64,000 nt of DNA, taken from Candidatus Bathyarchaeia archaeon. Lineage in GTDB: Archaea > Thermoproteota > Bathyarchaeia > 40CM-2-53-6. The stretch covers positions 1,343,938-1,407,937 of the forward strand of contig JBEKFP010000001.1 of the NCBI GenBank assembly GCA_050013255.1. The letters run 5' to 3'. Under the pieces are notes generated by a model that searched no databases, had not been told where the DNA came from, and worked only from the letters and a program-made list of their open reading frames with translations. A program made the translations under genes and the position numbers. Numbering within the stretch: position 1 is the stretch's first letter; every line of letters begins with the position of its first letter. Of the stretch, positions 56,882-64,000 are shown piece by piece.

Positions 56882-57409
56882 TTGCGCGACCATTCGAGCT
56901 CCTCGGCCCCAAGGACATACGTGCTCCTTTTGAAGCAGGACGACCCAAGGAAATGCACCGCAGCGAAGCTAGCAAGATTCGGCTACTCAACACCCTTGCA
57001 CCGGCTACGGCAAATCCCAAGCAAGTCTCTTGTCCTGAATCCTTTCGCTAGCCAATGCCTGCTTCCGGGAGACCGAGTCGAAGCTGTTCTTTACGGTTTA
57101 GTTGCGGTTGACTGTTCCTGGGAAAAAGTTCGATTTACTTTCTCGGCTCGCTTGCCCGGTTTAAGCAGGCGGCTCCCAACGTTGCTTGCATCGAACCCGG
57201 TCAACTACGCAAAACCACACAAGTTATCCTCAATCGAGGCTCTTGCTGCCGGCCTCTACATAATGGGTTTCAGCGAGAGAGCGAATCAATTGCTCTCGCT
57301 TTTCAAGTGGGGTCAAACTCTTCTAAGTCTCAACGCGGAGCCACTCGAAGCATATTCATTGGCCAGTAGCGACGAGGAGATGAGAAAAGCAGAAGCCGAG
57401 TTCTTCTAA
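56882..57409 (+). CDS. tsr3: 16S rRNA aminocarboxypropyltransferase Tsr3
   Basis: QDDPRKCTA.KL, DCSW, RRLP.L.A.NPVNY, LSS.EA and FKWG..L.LN motifs. Confidence 0.95.
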   Translation: MRDHSSSSAPRTYVLLLKQDDPRKCTAAKLARFGYSTPLHRLRQIPSKSLVLNPFASQCLLPGDRVEAVLYGLVAVDCSWEKVRFTFSARLPGLSRRLPTLLASNPVNYAKPHKLSSIEALAAGLYIMGFSERANQLLSLFKWGQTLLSLNAEPLEAYSLASSDEEMRKAEAEFF

Positions 57410-57434
57410 TCCTCTGAGGGCCTTACTTCTAGGC

Positions 57435-58238
57435 TTAATGAACAACAGAACGCAAAATCGTACCAAATATAGGGTCGCCGAATACTAGAACAATTATCAA
57501 GCCGATCACGATGAAGAGAAGCATTGGCAGTCCAGGTGTCACCCACACCGTTTCATTGACTCCTAGAGTCTTAGCAGCGTCGATGAATTGAGATACAAGT
57601 TGGCCGTGATCGGTTTCAATGTCTGCGAAGAACTTGAAATGTCTCTCACCTGGATGGCTGGCACTTGCCGGGGTCACTTCTTCGAGTGGGTACAAGTAGA
57701 ACGTGGATTGTAGGTTAGCAATTCTGGTCGGGTAACCTGAAGCAAATGCAAGCGCCTTTCTTGACATACTTTCATGCTCGAATCCACTAAACATTCTGCC
57801 TTTCAATCTTGCGTAGGACACTGTGTTCCTCACGCAAAACCATAGAGCCATGGATCCAGAAGATATGAAACTCATGATTACAACGACTAGCGGGAAGAAT
57901 GGGTGGACAAATCCTATCAAAGGATGCCAACTGCTTGGAGGCAGCGGCAACGTTAACCCGAGGCAGATGATTGCCTTGGCGTCCGCTCCGCCGGTTAAGC
58001 CAAAGTAGAACAGGCCCATCGAGATAATGAACGCGATTGCGAATGAAATGCCTACCAACACGAAGAGTGACGGGTCAAGAACGACTCTGACTGCGGTTAA
58101 CACTACCCCCAAGGGACCGTAAAACAGCCAGACCTTGTCGTCAACCTCTCTAGTTTTGAGGTCCGAGATCGACCCCACAACAAGAAAAAACAGGCTTACC
58201 AAGACGGCCGCGGTATCAATTATCGGCATCAGATTCAT
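57435..58238 (-). CDS. Prepilin/preflagellin peptidase (A24)
   Basis: SDLKTREV.D, GGADAKA and WVTPGLP motifs. Confidence 0.92.
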   Translation of the reverse strand: MNLMPIIDTAAVLVSLFFLVVGSISDLKTREVDDKVWLFYGPLGVVLTAVRVVLDPSLFVLVGISFAIAFIISMGLFYFGLTGGADAKAIICLGLTLPLPPSSWHPLIGFVHPFFPLVVVIMSFISSGSMALWFCVRNTVSYARLKGRMFSGFEHESMSRKALAFASGYPTRIANLQSTFYLYPLEEVTPASASHPGERHFKFFADIETDHGQLVSQFIDAAKTLGVNETVWVTPGLPMLLFIVIGLIIVLVFGDPIFGTILRSVVH

Positions 58239-58406
58239 GGGTACGTCAGTAGTCCAGCGCGATGAACCTTGGAGTAATACATTATTGTTTCAAAAGCTTT
58301 CCGCGAAGAGCTCCCGAATGATGTTCGGTATGTAGATGCCACTAGACGCCTTTTTCTTTACGAATACAAGGGTCCACATTATTGGCCATGGTCTGGGAAA
58401 TGCACT

Positions 58407-59234
58407 TTGGCGGAAGAAGCAGAAATAGCGGCGATAAGGCGTCTCGGCCTGACAGAGTACGAGGCACGCATATACCTAAATCTGATCAGGATGGGCCCCA
58501 TCAAGGCAAGCGAACTCAGCTTTTTCGCCCAGGTTCCCAGAACGAAGACGTACGGTGCCGTCAAGCTACTAGTCCAAAAAAACCTCGTACGAATAATACC
58601 TGGCAAGCCTGATCTCTATGCTGCCCAATCTCCGATTGAGGGTCTTGCTCCACTTGTCACGAAGCTCGCGCGCGATGTGACGGACTCTGAGGCGATGGTG
58701 AGAGATCTTTCGATAGCCTACGAGTCGGGCAGATTCGTGAAACGGGACATTCCAAAGACTGCTGACGAGTTTTGGCAAATTGAGGGCAGACAGAATGTCA
58801 TCAACAAACTGAATCAGATGTTCATGGACGCGAGGAAGGTTGGCTACTGTACGTCTGCAGCGGGATTGATCCGAGTCTACAAAACCCACTCAGAAGCTTT
58901 GGAAAAGGCAAGGAAAAGAGGCGCTGTAGTACGGATATTAGCGCCGATTTCTCAAGAGAACGCACGTGTAGCAAGTGAGATTTCAAATGTCATTGAACTA
59001 AGAAACTTGAAGAAGCCGGCAGGAGTTACCGTCGTTACAGTGGACAGTGAGCAACTCGTGGTTATCGATAGCAGGCCTGACGACGCAAGGACTGATCGCG
59101 GCTTTGACTTGGCTATTTGGACCACAAACAGGCTGCTCGTGGGAGTTTACGAAAGGTATTTCGACTGGATGTGGGACGAGTCCCGGATCATAGAAGCGGC
59201 GCGTCACCGCCAAGTCCAGAGAGCAGAAATATAA
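58407..59234 (+). CDS. TrmB family transcriptional regulator
   Basis: LGLTEYEARIY..L...VPRTKTY HTH plus PLD-like C-terminal domain. Confidence 0.9.
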   Translation: MAEEAEIAAIRRLGLTEYEARIYLNLIRMGPIKASELSFFAQVPRTKTYGAVKLLVQKNLVRIIPGKPDLYAAQSPIEGLAPLVTKLARDVTDSEAMVRDLSIAYESGRFVKRDIPKTADEFWQIEGRQNVINKLNQMFMDARKVGYCTSAAGLIRVYKTHSEALEKARKRGAVVRILAPISQENARVASEISNVIELRNLKKPAGVTVVTVDSEQLVVIDSRPDDARTDRGFDLAIWTTNRLLVGVYERYFDWMWDESRIIEAARHRQVQRAEI

Positions 59235-59474
59235 TCATAATACTCCCCTCGTAGCGTACTTTGTCCGCTAATCTCCGGCGCAAGATCGTAGAGCAGGCGT
59301 CTGTACCTCAGGAAACCCTGAGTTAGCCCATTCACGAAAGGAATCCGTTGGAAACAGAATAGGGCACTCGACAATACAAATCGATCCATGGAAGTGCCAA
59401 GAGATTACTTGCGTTTCAGGTGCTACTTCGGCACGACGATATGGAAAAGTACATCACTCCATGAGTTGAATAGG

Positions 59475-59782
59475 GGGTTGTGCGTGTTGGCCGTAACCCA
59501 CCTTCTGTTTTAGGCGACATTCATCTAATCGGGATACCCGCGCCTCAGGCGGCTTTCACGGGCGCCTATTATCCCTTTCACAGCGTGTGTAGGCATTTCA
59601 CCCTTACCGCCAGCCTCCTCAACGCAAGCGCATCATAGTCCACGGCTAGCGGAGGTATTTTTCTGCGCCTTAACCCAACCTCTCGGCTGGCACCTCACAG
59701 TGCCACGCGTCCGCCATGTGGGTGGAGTTTCCTCAGGCCCATTACACACAGGGCCCGGAGTCGCTCACCAACTCGCCAACCC
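59475..59782 (-). ncRNA. rnpB: Archaeal RNase P RNA
   Basis: Minus strand has GAGGAAACTCCACCC and AACAGAAGGTGGGTTA (the two P4 strands); terminal GGGTTG/CAACCC helix. Confidence 0.93.
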
Positions 59783-59880
59783 ACTAATTCTAATTGTCCT
59801 CGCAGTACAGAAGTATTTCGGATTCCCTTGCGAGCGCGAAAACCCACTTAAATAAGATGCCCAGCCAATCGAGTTCAACC

Positions 59881-60507
59881 TTGAACTTCGTTGGTTACGG
59901 TCCCGATTATGGGAGACGAGGAAGTTTCTTCTCGTCCCCGACATTTGTCCTGATAATTCTCAACCTTCTGGTTTTCATCCTGATGCTGATCAGCGGAGAC
60001 GCGGGAGATTGCTCCTCCTCAACTTGTCAGCTGTTGGCGCAGGAGAACGACTTGGTGTTGGGGGGTTTCTATTGGCAGTTGTTTACTTCAATGTTTGTTC
60101 ACTTTGGCTTCACTCATATAATCTTCAACATGTTCGCCCTATACTATTTCGGGCGGCTCAATGAAACCACTTTCACAGCCCCGAAGTTTCTAACAATTTA
60201 CTTTACGTCCGGCCTGCTAGGTAGCGTCATGACATTGGTTTTGTTGCCCGCGGCAACGCTTTCGGGAGGGGCTTCCGGCGCGATCTTCGGCCTCGTAGGC
60301 TCTTATGTGGCCGTGGCAAGGAGAGCACAGCACATGGGATTCGCTTTGGTATACGCCGTGTTACTCTTCGTTCAAAGTAGCCTGCTGCCCGGCGTGAACA
60401 TCTTCGCCCATCTGTTCGGGCTGATAGGCGGCCTCGTACTCGGCTTAGTCCTCTCAGCTGGGGGTGCGTCACACGGCTACACTGTCAACTACACTTATCC
60501 AACTTGA
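59881..60507 (+). CDS. Rhomboid family intramembrane serine protease
   Basis: WQLFTSMFVH...HI.FNM, GASGAIFG and AHLFG motifs; start uncertain (59857 or 59881). Confidence 0.92.
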   Translation: MNFVGYGPDYGRRGSFFSSPTFVLIILNLLVFILMLISGDAGDCSSSTCQLLAQENDLVLGGFYWQLFTSMFVHFGFTHIIFNMFALYYFGRLNETTFTAPKFLTIYFTSGLLGSVMTLVLLPAATLSGGASGAIFGLVGSYVAVARRAQHMGFALVYAVLLFVQSSLLPGVNIFAHLFGLIGGLVLGLVLSAGGASHGYTVNYTYPT

Positions 60508-60518
60508 CAGGCGCGGCT

Positions 60519-62177
60519 TCACTTCAGCATTGGCATCCTAATCCTCTTCTCGCGCGCCACCTTGATAGCGGACTCGTATCCCGCGTCAGCATGCCTCACA
60601 ACGCCCAAACCTGGGTCAGTAGTTAGAACACGTTCAGCGCGCTTCTCAATTTCCTTCGTCCCATCCAAGACCAGGCACATTCCTGCATGGATACTGTACC
60701 CGATGCCGACGCCACCTCCGTGGTGGACGGAAACCCATGTCGCGCCTGCAACGGCATTCAGCAGCGCATTTAGGATTGGCCAGTCAGCCACCGCATCCGA
60801 CCCGTCTTTCATGTTCTCGGTTTCCCTTCGGGGAGACGCTACACTCCCGGTGTCCAAATGGTCCCGGCCAACCCATATTGGGCCAGAAAGTTTTCCGGAA
60901 GCGACCATGTCGTTGACGATCTTGCCAAACCTTGCTCTTTCCCCATAACCCAACCAGCAGACCCTAGCCGGCAACCCTTGGAATTTCACTTGGCTGCGAG
61001 CTTTATCGATCCATCTTACAAGTTCCTTATTGTAACCGAACTCTTTCTTGAGCATATCATCAATTGTGAAAATATCATCCTCTACACCGACTAGCGAAGC
61101 CCACCGAAATGGGCCCCTACCTCCACAGAACATGGGTCGAATGTACTCGGGTACGAATCCGGAGAAAGCAAACGCTTCCTTGAAACCGGCATCGTAGGCT
61201 TGCTGCCTTATGTTGTTGCCGTACTCGAAGGCGATGGCACCTCGCTGCATCATCGCAACCATTGCCTCCACATGCACCTTCATGCTCTGCTTAGCCCTGC
61301 TAAGGTACTCTTCACGGTTAGTTTTCCGAAGTTCATCAGCTTCCTCTTTACTCAAGCCGGCGGGGTAGTATCCGTTCAAAGGGTCATGAGCAGATGTCTG
61401 ATCCGTAACAATGTCTGGAATGGTCCCACGCTTCACCAATTCCGGAAGAACATCAGCTGCGTTACCTAGTAATCCGACGCTCAGGCTCTTCTTAGATTCC
61501 TTCGCAGCCCTAACCATCTGTATGGCTTCGTCGATATCGTCAGTCCATTCCTCTAGGAAGCCAAGCTTGAGCCGCCGATCAATCGCGGCTTTGTTCACCT
61601 CAACCACCAGCGCAATGCCATCATTCATTGTAACAGCTAGGGGCTGTGCTCCCCCCATCTCTCCAAGCCCCGCGGTTAGGACAAAGCGTCCTCTGAGGGA
61701 TCCGTCGAAATGCTTCTTCGCTACAGATGATAATGTCTCGTAGGTACCCTGGAGAATTCCCTGCGTCCCAATGTACGCCCAGGATCCTGCAGTCATCTGT
61801 CCGTACATTATCAGGCCCTTCTGTTCCAACTCGTAGAAGTAGTCCCAAGTGGCCCACTTTGGTACGAGCATAGCATTAGATATGAGAACGCGCGGAGCCC
61901 ACTCGTGTGTTTCAAAAACTGCGACAGGTTTGCCGCTCTGAATCAACAGCGTTTCGTTCGGCTCTAGCCCCAGGAGAGTTTCAGTTATCTTCTCAAAGCA
62001 TTCCCAGGAGCGCGCGGCCTTCCCAGTTCCTCCGTAGACAATGAGCTTGTCGGGGTCCTTCGCAACTTCTGGGTCGAGAACATTGTGAATCATTCTGTAG
62101 GGCCCTTCGATCTGCCAATTCTTGCAGTGTAGGCGCGTCCCCGTAACGTCTGCAACTGAAGGCTTTAGTTTCAACAA
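60519..62177 (-). CDS. hutU: Urocanate hydratase
   Basis: [35 protein letters not shown] and HHGGGVG motifs. Confidence 0.98.
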   Translation of the reverse strand: MLKLKPSVADVTGTRLHCKNWQIEGPYRMIHNVLDPEVAKDPDKLIVYGGTGKAARSWECFEKITETLLGLEPNETLLIQSGKPVAVFETHEWAPRVLISNAMLVPKWATWDYFYELEQKGLIMYGQMTAGSWAYIGTQGILQGTYETLSSVAKKHFDGSLRGRFVLTAGLGEMGGAQPLAVTMNDGIALVVEVNKAAIDRRLKLGFLEEWTDDIDEAIQMVRAAKESKKSLSVGLLGNAADVLPELVKRGTIPDIVTDQTSAHDPLNGYYPAGLSKEEADELRKTNREEYLSRAKQSMKVHVEAMVAMMQRGAIAFEYGNNIRQQAYDAGFKEAFAFSGFVPEYIRPMFCGGRGPFRWASLVGVEDDIFTIDDMLKKEFGYNKELVRWIDKARSQVKFQGLPARVCWLGYGERARFGKIVNDMVASGKLSGPIWVGRDHLDTGSVASPRRETENMKDGSDAVADWPILNALLNAVAGATWVSVHHGGGVGIGYSIHAGMCLVLDGTKEIEKRAERVLTTDPGLGVVRHADAGYESAIKVAREKRIRMPMLK

Positions 62178-62230
62178 ATTCCGTCACCTAAAGCTCCTTA
62201 GTATGGCGATTTTAAGTTTCATCATCAATT

Positions 62231-63502
62231 TCAAGCGAGGTGGCCGCCACGCACCACGGTTTTTCCATCTATTAGCACTGTATCGACTAGGTTCATGCCG
62301 AGCCGATAGCCGAGAAAACGGAAATCAGGGGCGCTTAGGATTAGCATGTTCGCTCTCTTTCCGGCTTCGATGCTTCCTATTTCGTTAGCTTTCATGATCG
62401 AGTGTGCGGCGTTAATTGTCGCCCCGGTGAGTGCTTCTGCCGGTGTCATCCTTAGTTTGTAGCATGCGAGCTGGATGACTAATTGGAAGTTCTCTAGCCA
62501 ACAGCTCGGGCTGAGGTCGCTGCCCAAGGCTACCGGAATTTCCTGGGAAATTATTCGCCTCGCATCAGCATACTCGTTCACCATAAGCGTCAACGGGGCG
62601 GCCGGCAACAATGTTGCGATGACTCCGCTAGCTCTCATACGCGTCAGTCCTGCCGTCGAAACGTGGAGCAGGTGGTCCGCGGAGACAGCTCCAACTTCGG
62701 CTGCGAGTTCTGCGCCTCCGAGCGGGTAGAATTCGTCCGCGTGAATTCTTGGCACGAGGCCGTGGCGTTTTCCCGCTAAGAGGATTCTCCTCGAATCTTC
62801 TATCTCAAAAACGTCTTTCTCGCAGAAGACGTCGCAGAAGGAGGCGAGCTTGCGTTTCGCGATTTCAGGTATCCAGCTTTCGCAGATGAGGGTGGCGTAT
62901 TCTCCGGTTTTCCCTTGGTACTCTGGTGGAATTGCGTGTGCGCCGAGAAAAGTGGGAACGAGGTTCGTTGGTCCCTCCCGGTCCAATTGCATAATGACTT
63001 CAAGTGATTTGATTTCATCATCTAGGGTCAGGCCGTAGCCGCTTTTTGCTTCGATCGTTGTCGTTCCATGGAGCATCAGGTTGTTGCAGCGTTCCCTGCA
63101 AATTTGAAGTAGGTCTTCTTTGGTTGCTCTGCGTGTGTCGCGAACGGTGCTGAGAATTCCTCCTCCTTCCTGCAGGATTTTCATGTATCCTGCACCCTTA
63201 ATTTTCAACTCGAGCTCACGCTCACGTGATCCCGCGAAAACCAAGTGCGTGTGAGCGTCGACAAACCCTGGCATGACAACTCTGCCGGTTGCGTCGATTC
63301 TTTCAGCGGCGTTGTAATCGCCTAGGACTTCGTTCGATTTCCCAACCGCCATGATTTTACCGTTCGAGACGGCTACGGCGCCGTCTTCAACAATTCCTAG
63401 GTCTTCCATTTCAGTGCCTATGGCAGGGCGGGCTCGGTGCCCCTTGGCTGTGATGAGCTGCTTTGCGTGTTCGATGATGAGGTCGGCTTCTTTCTTCCCC
63501 AA
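62231..63502 (-). CDS. hutI: Imidazolonepropionase
   Basis: PGFVDAHTHLVFAG.R..E, GGGI.STV..TR, E.KSGYGL, HADE and SADHL motifs. Confidence 0.97.
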   Translation of the reverse strand: MGKKEADLIIEHAKQLITAKGHRARPAIGTEMEDLGIVEDGAVAVSNGKIMAVGKSNEVLGDYNAAERIDATGRVVMPGFVDAHTHLVFAGSRERELELKIKGAGYMKILQEGGGILSTVRDTRRATKEDLLQICRERCNNLMLHGTTTIEAKSGYGLTLDDEIKSLEVIMQLDREGPTNLVPTFLGAHAIPPEYQGKTGEYATLICESWIPEIAKRKLASFCDVFCEKDVFEIEDSRRILLAGKRHGLVPRIHADEFYPLGGAELAAEVGAVSADHLLHVSTAGLTRMRASGVIATLLPAAPLTLMVNEYADARRIISQEIPVALGSDLSPSCWLENFQLVIQLACYKLRMTPAEALTGATINAAHSIMKANEIGSIEAGKRANMLILSAPDFRFLGYRLGMNLVDTVLIDGKTVVRGGHLA

Positions 63503-63910
63503 AGAGCCACCACATTTTTCTTAGGAGCTGGAGTGTCGGCCGGTTTGTTCTATGCCTTTCGATTCAATGATTTGGAACGTATTCTCATTTCTTTAACATC
63601 GGCATGCTTATATTAACGCCGAAGGCCTACCTATAATTTGTCAACTCATCCTTTCGATGAGTCGACTTCCCGCGATTAACCCGGCGGCGGCGTCAACTCG
63701 ACTTAGCAGGGCTAGAGCCCTTGGATGAAATGTTGACCTCCAATTGCGGGAACAGAGATGAAGGCCTAAACAAACTTGGGTTCCTCACGGCTCCCATGAA
63801 AGTTTGGGTCCAAGATTGGCTTGCAGTCATTCTGCTAAATTCCAGTCCGTTCAATTTCTTTAAACGGCTGTTATTCCAAAAAATCGTCCTAGCTAATCGG
63901 TCAGCTTGCC

Positions 63911-64000
63911 AACTCCGCTTGATCCTGGCGGACCCAACTGCTATCGGGGTGGGACTAAGCCATGCGAGTTGTGCGTCTCCTAGCCACGGTGGAGGCGCAG
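63911..64000 (+). rRNA. 16S rRNA, 5' end (partial)
   Basis: AACTCCGCTTGATCCTGGCGGACCCAACTGCTATCGGGGTGGGACTAAGCCATGCGAGT matches the archaeal 16S 5' terminus. Confidence 0.95.

Overview
Archaeal chromosome segment. A TACK-type archaeon is inferred from TiaS, Tsr3, archaeal RNase P RNA, an archaeal 16S 5' end and bulge-helix-bulge (BHB) intron tRNAs; Bathyarchaeia or a relative is plausible but not proven. The first ~14.6 kb is an accessory region: a DGQHR protein coupled to an SPPY DNA methyltransferase, nitroreductase, redox fusions, a permuted MscL and three degenerate KaiC/RAD55-like domains. Seven of its intergenic spaces carry an unannotated mosaic repeat family with 12 GCACCA-type cores, built from (TG)n/(CA)n inverted arms and tRNA-3'-end-like halves; these look like recombination sites bounding gene cassettes. 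The rest is mostly housekeeping (citrate synthase, guaB, ETF, nfo, pyrB/pyrI, tiaS, nnr, tsr3, hutU/hutI, RNase P RNA, start of 16S rRNA). It also hides five tRNA genes carrying 15 BHB introns in total, including two with four introns each (tRNA-Pro CGG and initiator tRNA-Met). Other notable elements are an archaeal TPP riboswitch with a readable anti-SD expression platform, an HTH-fused NrdD-like probable pseudoenzyme, a half-DOHH-like HEAT protein, a GcvH-TusA fusion and a divergent pair of Tyr/Gln/Pro-repeat microproteins. All calls are by eye; no database searches were run.
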